Shown one piece after another: positions 32,317 through 41,512 of a DNA stretch of 53,506 nucleotides. The stretch's first letter is position 1, and each line of letters starts with the position of its first letter. Below the pieces are notes generated by a model. The model was not told where the DNA came from. It saw only the letters and a program-made list of their open reading frames with translations, and did no database searches. Made by a program: the position numbers and the translations under genes. The stretch is from Bacteroidota bacterium (GTDB lineage Bacteria > Bacteroidota > Bacteroidia > NS11-12g > UBA9320): positions 1 to 53,506 of the forward strand of contig JAHEGS010000013.1 of NCBI GenBank assembly GCA_024645005.1, written 5' to 3'.

Positions 32317-33690
32317 CTATCCACCAATCGTTCTTACTATGGTTGATTCACCAATCCAACACCCAACAGAATACCTATCCCCATTATTGATATTTTTGAA
32401 GAATGCATCTTCTTTACCAGGGAAATACGCTGAATATTTAGAAATTTTAGCGTTTGCCGTTTCTGCTACAGATGGATCAACACTTCTCGCTTTTACATAC
32501 TTATCTACAGCTACTAAATAAACTCCTCCTCTTCCAAGATCGCCACTTCCACAACTACTAGCACTAGCTGCATACGCATCTCCAATTAAAAGATATGCTT
32601 CTCCACTGTTGCCATTAATGGCAAGAGCTTTTCTAGCATAATCTCGTGTTGATGAATACTTACCTGCATTTTTAGCTGTCTTAGCTAACTTAATCCAAAT
32701 ATTAAATTTATCTTCATCTGTTTCTGATAGTTCAGCCGCTTTTAGGTAATACTCGATAGACTTCGCATCGTCACCTTTTTTACCAAAGGCTTTTGCCAAT
32801 GATATTGCTGCATTAACATTAGGCTCTAATTCGAATGACGCCTCAGCACATTGAAAGTAAAATGGCTGGCCTTCGCACCCACCTCTATCCAATAGCTTCA
32901 CCGTTGAAGCTAACCATGAGGAATTTCCTTTATTTTCCTCAAAATAAGGCTGTTTAAGCTCAGTTAGCTTATCACAGTCTAAATAGGGTTTTAGCATCCC
33001 AATTATGGCATTTTGGGTCTTCACCCATTTAACTCCTTTTAATGAATCTTTGACTGATAAGCCTGATGCCGTGTATTTAACAATATTGGCATCTACAATT
33101 GGAGTAACTTGATCCAAAATTAAAAACAAACTATCCAACGATAATTTTTTCTTTTTGTATTGTTTTACACCGGCATAGATGTAATCGGACGGAACATCAT
33201 ATCGTGTTTTGTTCCCCTGAATTCGAATAGATTCGTCAAATAAAGAAAGTGCCTTGTCTCGGTTCTTAGGTTGCAATTTTGACATATCATCTGCCCACTT
33301 GCCTTTAACATAACCCTCATCGCCAAAAAATTCAATTCTTCTCTGGTGACACAGCAATAAGGTGTCTACTAATCCACTAAATCTTGATTTGTAAGAAGTG
33401 TCTCTCAATGCCTTTTTAATAATGTAAGGACCTGAGTAAGTTATTCTTTTTTGAATACATGGAGCATTTTGGAAGAGATACATCCAGTATGGAAACGCCT
33501 CGACATACTTCTTTTCTTGGTAGTATTGATTAAATAAAGAAAGTTTCCTTGCTGTTTCTGCACTATCATTACCCCATTTGTTGTCACATGGGTTTGCAGA
33601 ACTCGTGGTCGAATCTACTTCTGTCTGTGCAAACAATCCAACTGTTAGAAGCATGCCAAACATTAGCATACACTTGTTTAAAAAATTCAT
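32317..33690 (-). CDS. secreted TPR-like repeat protein
   Basis: Signal peptide MNFLNKCMLMFGMLLTVGLFAQ (start moved to ATG 33690). C-terminal half has TPR-like helices (AISLAKAFGKKGDDAKSIEYYLKAAEL, YARKALAINGNSGEAYLLIGDAY). Confidence 0.65.
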   Translation of the reverse strand: MNFLNKCMLMFGMLLTVGLFAQTEVDSTTSSANPCDNKWGNDSAETARKLSLFNQYYQEKKYVEAFPYWMYLFQNAPCIQKRITYSGPYIIKKALRDTSYKSRFSGLVDTLLLCHQRRIEFFGDEGYVKGKWADDMSKLQPKNRDKALSLFDESIRIQGNKTRYDVPSDYIYAGVKQYKKKKLSLDSLFLILDQVTPIVDANIVKYTASGLSVKDSLKGVKWVKTQNAIIGMLKPYLDCDKLTELKQPYFEENKGNSSWLASTVKLLDRGGCEGQPFYFQCAEASFELEPNVNAAISLAKAFGKKGDDAKSIEYYLKAAELSETDEDKFNIWIKLAKTAKNAGKYSSTRDYARKALAINGNSGEAYLLIGDAYAASASSCGSGDLGRGGVYLVAVDKYVKARSVDPSVAETANAKISKYSAYFPGKEDAFFKNINNGDRYSVGCWIGESTIVRTIGG

Positions 33691-33692
33691 GT

Positions 33693-35021
33693 TTATCGAT
33701 ATTTTCTTTTTGTAAACCATTTATCGTTTAAATTTAAACCTAATCCTATTTTAAAATAATCTTCTTGTATAAAGTCGTTTGAGCTAGAACCCCGTTTGAT
33801 ATATTCCGCCGAAATATTTACTCGACTTACCACAGGCATCTTTTCATCTTCTAATCGAACTGACTTAACTACAGGTAATCCTAATCCAAAACTTATGCCA
33901 AACTCTTGAAAGCGTTGAGCATTAAAATTGTAATACAAGTCTTCATATCGTACACCTAAGCTATACCGAATATGTTTAAGTAAAGACCCTCTTTCACCAT
34001 AATTGGGTGATGGAATAAGTGAAAAACCCGCTGAATATCTCATGTTATCTTGGAAAGATGATGAAGTAACCCTATTTTCAATAGAAGAAAACAAGATTTG
34101 TTCAGCTTCAAGCGATAATGCCCATTTATCTCCTTTATTTATAGTATAACCCAAAGCAATTCCTAGAGGCTTTGCCATGGTATCTTTCTTGTTATCCTCA
34201 TACATCAACGTATCAATGGAAGCTGGAGAACCACCAACTCGAAAACTTGGGCCATAAAAGGTCTCAGCATATCGATAACCATCGCCATACAACATCGATC
34301 CACCGTGTAATACTGCACCTAAGGTGTGGTTAATTTTATTTTCTTTTTTCTTCCCTGACTGAACAGAATACTGGACGCCTAAATCAAAATCTAATCCTCT
34401 ATAGGCATAAAATGTTTCATCACTGAAACTGTAAACTTTATCTGAATTAGGATAAACGCGATACTTTCTAGATTGGATGTTTCCAAAGTTCATATTGAGG
34501 TTACCTCCTAGGCTAAAATTATTGAATAACGCAATACCATAGCCAACATACAAACGATTAATTCCGCCCGAACCGTTGTAGAGATTAAAATAAGATGGGG
34601 TATCTGTACTAACCGTATTCTTTATTTCATACCCTACATCACTGTATTGATTAACCCCAAAACTAAATGCCATGGGTTTTTTTGTAGTTAACGGAAATGC
34701 CATCGCAAAATGACTAAAATTACCCGAATTAGTTTTTGCCTCCGTTATTTGATCAGACATTTTACCAAAACTCACCCCTGCACCAGCATTGTAAATAGTG
34801 AATTTCACATTTGAGTAACTGGCTGGATTAGAATAAGAAAAGTTATTTTGATCTCGTAGAGCTATCGATGTACCACCAGCACCGTGATGTTGGGTAAAAC
34901 CGCCCATCTTCAACTCTCCAAGACCAAATATACTATATGGTGAGCTTGTACTGGTTTGAGCGTTAGCGAAAAACGGAAAAAGCACAATCATTAAAATATA
35001 CTTCCTAAATGATTTATGCAT
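33693..35021 (-). CDS. putative outer-membrane beta-barrel protein
   Basis: Signal peptide MHKSFRKYILMIVLFPFFANAQ (start moved to ATG 35021). N-terminal SPYSIFGLGE motif and alternating-hydrophobicity strands rich in G/Y/S/N throughout. Confidence 0.6.
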   Translation of the reverse strand: MHKSFRKYILMIVLFPFFANAQTSTSSPYSIFGLGELKMGGFTQHHGAGGTSIALRDQNNFSYSNPASYSNVKFTIYNAGAGVSFGKMSDQITEAKTNSGNFSHFAMAFPLTTKKPMAFSFGVNQYSDVGYEIKNTVSTDTPSYFNLYNGSGGINRLYVGYGIALFNNFSLGGNLNMNFGNIQSRKYRVYPNSDKVYSFSDETFYAYRGLDFDLGVQYSVQSGKKKENKINHTLGAVLHGGSMLYGDGYRYAETFYGPSFRVGGSPASIDTLMYEDNKKDTMAKPLGIALGYTINKGDKWALSLEAEQILFSSIENRVTSSSFQDNMRYSAGFSLIPSPNYGERGSLLKHIRYSLGVRYEDLYYNFNAQRFQEFGISFGLGLPVVKSVRLEDEKMPVVSRVNISAEYIKRGSSSNDFIQEDYFKIGLGLNLNDKWFTKRKYR

Positions 35022-35715
35022 GGTGTTGTATGATATAATTAAGACCTTCAAGGACTAAATTTGGGCGTGCGAATATCTCATTTTTGATGACTTTATCAAA
35101 ATGTAAACTGTTTTCACTACAAAAAACTAATTTCAGTGAATCATACACCTGATTTTGCTGATGAATGTATCCCATAATCTCGTGGCGAATCGACTGACTG
35201 ACCCCAACTTGAATAGACTCTTCTGTAGACTTCCCGGGGAATTTTTTTGAATCATCCATTTGAACTAGTGGAAGACCTGCAGTGAACTCGTGCATTGCTC
35301 TTAAACGAACATCTATTCCAGGAGAAATCATACCACCTAAAAACTGACCTCTATCCATCAAATCTATTGTTAAACATGTGCCTAAGTCTACAATCAACCA
35401 AGGAGAATTAGGGTCAAGTAAATAAGTTCCAACAGCAGCAGCAATCCGATCAGGACCCAATGTTTCTGGAGTATCGTAATTTAATTTGATTGGGATTGAA
35501 GTCTGATTACTCAAAAAATGTTCACTCGACAATAACGCTTCAAGTTTTGAATTAGACCCCGTTTTAGATACAAGCACACGAACACCATCGTTAACTATTC
35601 CTGCAAAGTGCTCATGTGTGAATGGTTTGATATAATCAACCATTTGACCATCTCTGAAAACCCCAGCCTTGGTAGAAGTGTTGCCTATGTCTATACAAAG
35701 ATTTATTTCACCCAT
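35014..35715 (-). CDS. coaX: type III pantothenate kinase
   Basis: LCIDIGNTSTKAGVF phosphate-1 motif and the IVDLGT and GPDR contexts of CoaX. Confidence 0.85.
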   Translation of the reverse strand: MGEINLCIDIGNTSTKAGVFRDGQMVDYIKPFTHEHFAGIVNDGVRVLVSKTGSNSKLEALLSSEHFLSNQTSIPIKLNYDTPETLGPDRIAAAVGTYLLDPNSPWLIVDLGTCLTIDLMDRGQFLGGMISPGIDVRLRAMHEFTAGLPLVQMDDSKKFPGKSTEESIQVGVSQSIRHEIMGYIHQQNQVYDSLKLVFCSENSLHFDKVIKNEIFARPNLVLEGLNYIIQHHA

Positions 35716-36419
35716 TTTACTTTGTGATATTCCAATTCTATTAGTTCGCCCATTGCACTCACTTGTAAGTTACCATTTAAGCAGATTTGATTCACAATAT
35801 AAGATTGCTTTTTACCCCCTTCATCAAAAGTGACCATATCTCCCTTCTTAAATAAATACTCATTAATAGACTTGTTTAATAACAACCCTTCTTTTTTTAT
35901 GTGTGAATAAAAATGATTATAAAGCACTTGCAAAAACTCAATAACACTTACCTTAAAACCCAACTCATTCACAACAGAAGTAGCTTCAAATTTATTAAAA
36001 TGCTTTTGATTCACATTTACACCAATCCCAACAACAGCTGTTTTTACTTCCTGTTGAGAAACAATATTTTCAATTAAAATACCTGCAATCTTCTTTGAAC
36101 TAACGTAAACATCGTTTGGCCATTTCACACAAATATCATCAACTTTAAATTCTTTCAATGTATCCACAATAGCCAATGCAGCAGCATTATTCAATTGAGG
36201 TAGGTTTGAAAGTTGTCCGAAATCATCCACTAAAAAACTAGTCAAAATATTATGGAAGGGTTGACTATCCCATACCCGAGATCGTTGCCCTCTACCAGCA
36301 GTCTGACTTCCAGCATACACACAATAGGGGGAAGTCACTCCTCTTTTTTGTACGCAATTTTTTAAGTATGAATTTGTTGAATCTACTTCATTTACAAATT
36401 CAATGTTATAATTATTCAA
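35703..36419 (-). CDS. birA: biotin--[acetyl-CoA-carboxylase] ligase (no N-terminal HTH domain)
   Basis: VDSTNSYLKN, QTAGRGQRSRVWDS and KWPNDVY motifs; 238 aa, so group I (ligase only). TTG start. Confidence 0.85.
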   Translation of the reverse strand: MNNYNIEFVNEVDSTNSYLKNCVQKRGVTSPYCVYAGSQTAGRGQRSRVWDSQPFHNILTSFLVDDFGQLSNLPQLNNAAALAIVDTLKEFKVDDICVKWPNDVYVSSKKIAGILIENIVSQQEVKTAVVGIGVNVNQKHFNKFEATSVVNELGFKVSVIEFLQVLYNHFYSHIKKEGLLLNKSINEYLFKKGDMVTFDEGGKKQSYIVNQICLNGNLQVSAMGELIELEYHKVKWVK

Positions 36420-36472
36420 GACGCTACTTTTTCAAGTATTAAACTAATTTCGCAGCAAAGTTATTTCAATTA

Positions 36473-36844
36473 ATGGCAAAAAAGAGTTCAGTAACCGATG
36501 TGCTTGCAGAGATAGTAGTAAAAGGAATGCAAGAAAAGAAGGCTAAAAACATTATCAAAATTGACCTTACCAAGATTAATGAGGCCGCTGCAGACTTTTT
36601 TATTATATGCCATGGTGATAGCGATCGACAAGTGAAAGCAATTGCTGACAGTGTAGAAGATGAAACGCTAAAAGCGATGAAAGAGAAACCGCACAGTAGA
36701 GAAGGACAAGCAGAAAATCGATGGGTATTACTAGACTACCTCGATGTAGTTGTCCATGTTTTTCAAAAAGACATTCGCGATTTCTACGAAATAGAAGACA
36801 TTTGGCACGATGGTGTTATGACTAGTTATGAAGATTTAGCATAG
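36473..36844 (+). CDS. rsfS: ribosome silencing factor RsfS
   Basis: ADFFIICHGDSDRQVKAIADSV...WVLLDYLDVVVHVFQKDIRDFYEIEDIW is the RsfS/IojAP signature. Confidence 0.9.
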   Translation: MAKKSSVTDVLAEIVVKGMQEKKAKNIIKIDLTKINEAAADFFIICHGDSDRQVKAIADSVEDETLKAMKEKPHSREGQAENRWVLLDYLDVVVHVFQKDIRDFYEIEDIWHDGVMTSYEDLA

Positions 36845-36851
36845 AGAAATT

Positions 36852-37232
36852 TCAAAGTCTCAACTTCAATGCATTTCCAAAATACGGTGGGTCGGTTACA
36901 AGGCTATATTGAACCTTTAAAATATCCAAATATTCAGACACTTTCCTCTTTAATACCCCCTCTCCCTTTCCGACAATTATATAAACAGACCGAACACTAT
37001 TTTTCTTCGAAGACTTAATGAAATCATCTACCGCTTCCAGTTGTAAATTCAATTTTTCATTTGGAGATAAAAATGATTTTGAAGGATATAACTTGTCGAA
37101 ATGCAAGTCCAACTCATTATTTTTCTGACTTTTATTGCCTTTAGTATGTTCATCATGAGATGATTGACTCGAAAACTCCCCCATCATCATTCGCTTTAAT
37201 AAATTGGGGTCTATTAGATTATCCTCACTCAT
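36852..37232 (-). CDS. Smr-domain protein
   Basis: ELDLHFDKL...LEAVDDFIKSS......VYIIVGKGEGVLKRKVSEYL fits the Smr pattern (LDLHG...IIHGKG.G.L...V). Confidence 0.65.
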   Translation of the reverse strand: MSEDNLIDPNLLKRMMMGEFSSQSSHDEHTKGNKSQKNNELDLHFDKLYPSKSFLSPNEKLNLQLEAVDDFIKSSKKNSVRSVYIIVGKGEGVLKRKVSEYLDILKVQYSLVTDPPYFGNALKLRL

Positions 37233-37236
37233 ACTA

Positions 37237-37244
37237 CAAATTTA
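37237..37244 (-). promoter_or_regulatory. -7 promoter box TAAATTTG, 4 nt from the Smr-gene ATG
   Basis: Reverse strand reads TAAATTTG-TAGT-ATG. Confidence 0.45.
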
Positions 37245-37307
37245 AACGAGATTGAAATACCCTGAATATTGAGCTAAAAACAAGGAATAATATTGATAAT
37301 ATCCGAT

Positions 37308-37315
37308 TAGATTTG
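37308..37315 (+). promoter_or_regulatory. -7 promoter box TAGATTTG for proS
   Basis: Exact TAnnTTTG, 28 nt upstream of ATG 37344. Confidence 0.45.
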
Positions 37316-37343
37316 CAAACTAGATCAAGATATTTGAACAATC

Positions 37344-38822
37344 ATGGCATTCGAGAAAGTAACAAGAGCTCAAGACTATTCCAAGTGGTACAATCATCTC
37401 GTAGAAAACGCAGACCTTGCTCAACACAGTAGTGTGAGAGGGTGTATGGTTATCAAACCATACGGTTATGCTATTTGGGAAAAAATGCAAGCCGAATTAG
37501 ATCGAAGATTTAAAGAAACAGGTCATCAAAATGCCTATTTCCCGCTTTTTGTTCCCAAAAGTTTATTTGAAGCTGAAGAAAAAAATGCAGAAGGTTTTGC
37601 AAAAGAATGTGCTGTTGTAACCCACTATCGACTAGAAAACGACCCTGAAAATTCTGGGAAACTTCGTGTTGACCCTAAAGCAAAATTGGAAGAAGAACTC
37701 GTTGTAAGACCTACTAGTGAAGCAATTATTTGGAATACCTACAAAGGATGGATTCAAAGCTATCGTGATCTTCCAATTTTAGTAAATCAATGGGCAAATG
37801 TGGTTCGCTGGGAAATGAGAACACGACTTTTTTTAAGAACTGCTGAATTTTTATGGCAAGAAGGACACACTGCTCATGCCACTAAACAAGAGGCAATAGA
37901 AGAAACCAATCAAATGATTGGAGTATATGCTGAATTTGCTAAAAATGTATTGGCTATCCCAACCATTATGGGTACAAAAACAGAAAGTGAACGATTTGCA
38001 GGAGCTGATGACACCCTTTGTATTGAGGGATTAATGCAAGACGGTAAAGCACTTCAAATGGGAACATCACATTTTCTTGGACAAAATTTTGCAAAGGCAT
38101 TTGATGTAAAATACACCAATAAAGAGGGAAAATTAGATCATGTTTGGGCTACGAGTTGGGGAGTAAGTACCCGTCTAATGGGAGCTTTAATCATGACTCA
38201 TAGTGATGATGAAGGTCTTGTTTTACCTCCCAACATTGCCCCAATTCAGGTAGTGGTGGTTCCAATCTATCGTGGATTGGAGCAACTAGAATCCATATCG
38301 GAGACTATTCAGCCCGTAATTGATAACCTAAGAAAAAAAGGAATAACCGTCAAATTTGATAATAGAGACACCCATAAACCTGGGTTCAAATTTGCAGAGT
38401 GGGAGCTGAAAGGAGTTCCAATTCGAATAGCAATTGGACCACGTGATATCGAAAATGGGACCTTAGAAGTAGCCCGCAGAGATACCAAAGAAAAACAAGT
38501 TTTGGAATTAACAGATATTGAGACCAAGGTTGAGCATTTGCTGGAAGCTATGCAAGAAGAAATCTATCTAAATGCACTCAATTTTAGGGATAATCACATT
38601 ACTCCTGTGAACACTTGGGATGAGTTTGTCGATGTTTTAGAAAATAAAACTGGATTTATATCTGCTCATTGGGATGGTACTGCAGAAACAGAAGATAAAA
38701 TTAAAGAAAAGACTAAAGCTACCATCCGATGTATCCCCTTTGACAACCCATTAGAAGAGGGTTTGTGTATACTAACAGGTAAACCAAGCAAACAACGCGT
38801 ATTATTTGCTAAAGCCTACTAG
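37344..38822 (+). CDS. proS: proline--tRNA ligase (archaeal/eukaryote-like type)
   Basis: 492 aa; ...DYSKWY..L...A.L...[17 protein letters not shown] and the class II motifs. C-terminal zinc-binding-like domain ending ...VLFAKAY. Confidence 0.95.
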   Translation: MAFEKVTRAQDYSKWYNHLVENADLAQHSSVRGCMVIKPYGYAIWEKMQAELDRRFKETGHQNAYFPLFVPKSLFEAEEKNAEGFAKECAVVTHYRLENDPENSGKLRVDPKAKLEEELVVRPTSEAIIWNTYKGWIQSYRDLPILVNQWANVVRWEMRTRLFLRTAEFLWQEGHTAHATKQEAIEETNQMIGVYAEFAKNVLAIPTIMGTKTESERFAGADDTLCIEGLMQDGKALQMGTSHFLGQNFAKAFDVKYTNKEGKLDHVWATSWGVSTRLMGALIMTHSDDEGLVLPPNIAPIQVVVVPIYRGLEQLESISETIQPVIDNLRKKGITVKFDNRDTHKPGFKFAEWELKGVPIRIAIGPRDIENGTLEVARRDTKEKQVLELTDIETKVEHLLEAMQEEIYLNALNFRDNHITPVNTWDEFVDVLENKTGFISAHWDGTAETEDKIKEKTKATIRCIPFDNPLEEGLCILTGKPSKQRVLFAKAY

Positions 38823-38824
38823 AT

Positions 38825-39490
38825 TTAATCTTTCCAGATATAGTTAAATAGGGTTATGGATAAAACCAACTGAATAATCAGTAAAAGAACCAAGACCAAC
38901 CAATCCTGATAATAACTCGGATTTGGAAGGGAAATTAAAAACTTATTGGCCGCTTTCAAACACACTAACAAACTTGGTATCAGTAGAGGCATACTCAGCA
39001 CTAAAGCAACCATACTACTGTTCTTTGCCCCATAAGAAAGTGCAGAGTTAAATGTAAATACCGTACTACAGCATAGCATAAAAAGAAATGCCGTAAAAAA
39101 GTAGGGTAAAATATGGGGTATTGTTTGCGGCAACCAAAAATTCATCAATACAAATAAGACAACCAAAAACAAGGAATTAATGACGTATTGGTATAAAATT
39201 TTTGAAATAATAAGGGCCTTTGCATCCACTAAAAATCGGTAATACAACAATGTTCCCTTTTGCTCTGCCAAAAAGCTTCGCGTAATGTTTTGGACCACTC
39301 CTAAAATCAGAATTACATAAAACAAACTGTGCCACACTTGATTACTCGCTTGCTTTTGAATGGTGTAAATAATAAAAACAGAAATAACCAACATTAAAAG
39401 CAAAGACCAAAAGGCATACTTGTTTTTGAATTCAACTCGAAGCTCTTTTAGAAAAAGTTGTTTTATCTGCTTTGTTATTTGTGTTTGCAT
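38825..39490 (-). CDS. ccmB: heme exporter protein CcmB
   Basis: 6-TM protein. LKELRVEFKNKYAFWSLLL... and FLAEQKGTLLYYRFL... align by eye with E. coli CcmB (ELRVAFRH..., FRDDLQDGSLEQLML). Start moved to ATG 39490. Confidence 0.75.
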   Translation of the reverse strand: MQTQITKQIKQLFLKELRVEFKNKYAFWSLLLMLVISVFIIYTIQKQASNQVWHSLFYVILILGVVQNITRSFLAEQKGTLLYYRFLVDAKALIISKILYQYVINSLFLVVLFVLMNFWLPQTIPHILPYFFTAFLFMLCCSTVFTFNSALSYGAKNSSMVALVLSMPLLIPSLLVCLKAANKFLISLPNPSYYQDWLVLVLLLIIQLVLSITLFNYIWKD

Positions 39491-39497
39491 AAATTTG
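39490..39497 (+). promoter_or_regulatory. -7 promoter box TAAATTTG for the TerB-like gene/accC operon
   Basis: Exact TAnnTTTG, 20 nt upstream of ATG 39518; its first base is the last base of the ccmB start codon on the other strand. Confidence 0.45.
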
Positions 39498-39507
39498 CTG
39501 CAGCAAA
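39494..39507. repeat. perfect 14-bp palindrome TTTGCTGCAGCAAA between ccmB and the accC operon
   Basis: Self-complementary sequence read directly; each arm contributes the TTTG of one of the two opposed -7 boxes. Confidence 0.9.
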
Positions 39508-39511
39508 AGTA
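39504..39511 (-). promoter_or_regulatory. -7 promoter box TACTTTTG for ccmB
   Basis: Reverse strand exact TAnnTTTG, 13 nt upstream of the ccmB ATG (39490). Confidence 0.45.
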
Positions 39512-39517
39512 CATTTA

Positions 39518-39976
39518 ATGTTATATCAATTACAGAAGTTATCATCAGAAGAACAAACTAGTGTTAAACGTTCACCCATATGGGTAACTCTACTTGTAGC
39601 ATGTGCAGACTATGACATACAAGAATCGGAGATCGACAGAGCTAAAGAAATTATTCATATCAAATCCTACGCTCTTCAAAATGACTTGAAAGAGTTATAC
39701 AAAGAGTTGGACTCAAACATAGACCAAGAAATTGATCAAGCCCTCGTAGCAATTCCTGCAGACGGCAACCAACGAATCCAATACTTAGAAGAAAAAATCA
39801 ATGAACTCAATCCCATCTTTAAAAAGCTGGATTCTACTTTCAACAAACAACTTTACAAAAGTCTCAAAAGCGTTGCATTGGCTGTTGCCCAGTCAGATGG
39901 AGGATTTTTTGGTGTTGGTAGAGTGAGCGATGAAGAAGAGCGATATATAAGTCTTCCAATGCTACATCAACCGTGA
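39518..39976 (+). CDS. hypothetical protein with two TerB/DjlA_N-like repeats
   Basis: 152 aa from ATG 39518. LLVACADYDIQESEIDRAKEII and LAVAQSDGGFFGVGRVSDEEERYI resemble TerB-like helices. No biotin attachment (MKM) motif. Its stop overlaps the accC GTG start (GTGA). Confidence 0.45.
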   Translation: MLYQLQKLSSEEQTSVKRSPIWVTLLVACADYDIQESEIDRAKEIIHIKSYALQNDLKELYKELDSNIDQEIDQALVAIPADGNQRIQYLEEKINELNPIFKKLDSTFNKQLYKSLKSVALAVAQSDGGFFGVGRVSDEEERYISLPMLHQP

Positions 39977-41439
39977 AAAAAATACTGATAGCCAACCGAG
40001 GCGAAATTGCTGTTCGCATCATCAAAACCTGTCAAAAAATGGGCATCTCAAGTGTTGCCATCTATTCAGAGGCAGATCGAGACTCAAAACACGTTCAACT
40101 TGCAGATGAAGCCGTTTGCATAGGACCTGCAGCCTCATCAGAAAGCTATCTGAAAGGAGACAAAATCATCGCCATTTGCAAAAAATTAAAGGTGGATGGG
40201 ATTCACCCCGGATATGGTTTCTTGTCTGAAAATGCCGATTTTGTGAAATCTGTGCAGCAAGCTGGCATTCAATTTATTGGACCTAGTGCAGAGGCAATCG
40301 ATTTGATGGGCAGTAAAATTGCAAGTAAACAAGCCGTCGAAAAATATGGTGTGCCGCTTGTACCAGGCATCAATCATGCAGTTGAAGATATTGAAGAAGC
40401 GAAGACTGTGGCAGATCAAATAGGTTATCCTGTACTTGTCAAAGCAAGTGCTGGAGGTGGTGGAAAAGGAATGCGTATTGTTGAGAAACCTGCCGATTTA
40501 GAAGGGCAAATGAAAACTGCACAAAGTGAAGCACAAAGTGCGTTCGGAGACCGTTCTGTTTTTATAGAAAAGTTTGTAACTAAACCTCGCCATATTGAAA
40601 TTCAATTGATGGCAGATAATCACGGAAATGTGGTATATCTAATGGAACGTGAATGTTCTATTCAAAGAAGACACCAAAAACTAATTGAAGAAGCTCCAAG
40701 TGCTGTGCTCTCTGAGGAACTTCGAGAAAAAATGGGTCTTGCTGCTGTTAACGTGGCAAAAGCATGTAATTACAGTGGAGCAGGAACCGTAGAATTTTTA
40801 ATTGATGCAGATCATCATTTTTATTTTCTTGAAATGAATACACGTCTACAAGTAGAACATCCCGTTACTGAATTAATCACAGGATTAGACTTAGTAGAAC
40901 AACAAATAAAAGTGGCTAGAAATGAAAAACTGGCATTTAGTCAAGATGATATAAAACCCCATGGTCATGCGATTGAATTGAGACTCACAGCTGAAGAACC
41001 AAAACAAGACTTTGTTCCCGCCATTGGTACAATTGAAACTTACAACCCTCCTACTGATGAATATGTTAGACTAGACGATTTTGTTTATCCTGGATATACT
41101 ATTCCCATATACTACGACAATATGTTTGCCAAGTTAATTGTGTGGGGTGAAAATAGGGCTCAAGCAATTCAACGCATGATTGAAGCCATTAATCAATTTG
41201 AAATTAAGGGGATTCCAACTACCCTTGACTTTGGTCGATTTGTAATGCAACACCCTAAGTTTATTGAAGGTGACTTTGACACCAATTTCATAAGTAACTA
41301 CTACACACCTGAAGGAATAAAAGAGCAAGATCAATCATTATTAGAAGCTGCAGCTCTTTTCTCCTACCTTGAATTTAATGAGCACAAAATACCCGCTATT
41401 GCTCAGCAAGATTCAAACTGGAAAAAACGAAAGGGATAA
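39973..41439 (+). CDS. accC: biotin carboxylase subunit (acetyl/acyl-CoA carboxylase)
   Basis: KKILIANRGEIAVRII, ATP-grasp GYPVLVKASAGGGGKGMRIV, EMNTRLQVEHPVTE; 488 aa; GTG start. Confidence 0.9.
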   Translation: MKKILIANRGEIAVRIIKTCQKMGISSVAIYSEADRDSKHVQLADEAVCIGPAASSESYLKGDKIIAICKKLKVDGIHPGYGFLSENADFVKSVQQAGIQFIGPSAEAIDLMGSKIASKQAVEKYGVPLVPGINHAVEDIEEAKTVADQIGYPVLVKASAGGGGKGMRIVEKPADLEGQMKTAQSEAQSAFGDRSVFIEKFVTKPRHIEIQLMADNHGNVVYLMERECSIQRRHQKLIEEAPSAVLSEELREKMGLAAVNVAKACNYSGAGTVEFLIDADHHFYFLEMNTRLQVEHPVTELITGLDLVEQQIKVARNEKLAFSQDDIKPHGHAIELRLTAEEPKQDFVPAIGTIETYNPPTDEYVRLDDFVYPGYTIPIYYDNMFAKLIVWGENRAQAIQRMIEAINQFEIKGIPTTLDFGRFVMQHPKFIEGDFDTNFISNYYTPEGIKEQDQSLLEAAALFSYLEFNEHKIPAIAQQDSNWKKRKG

Positions 41440-41492
41440 TCGATTCATCTGTATTAACCTAGACTCTTAAAATCCGTATAACCATCTTGAAT

Positions 41493-41500
41493 TACCTTTG
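41493..41500 (+). promoter_or_regulatory. -7 promoter box TACCTTTG for the DEAD-box helicase gene
   Basis: Exact TAnnTTTG, 12 nt upstream of ATG 41513. Confidence 0.5.
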
Positions 41501-41512
41501 CATTCGTTCATC

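Noticed and set aside
39458-39514. Apparent 57-nt head-to-head overlap of the ccmB and TerB-like ORFs as given in the track
   Set aside because: Both extensions add hydrophobic or Cys-rich junk (MYFCCSKF, MFYLLCYLCLHKFAAAKVHL) upstream of good internal ATGs, and each extension contains the other gene's promoter box. Shorter ORFs are preferred.
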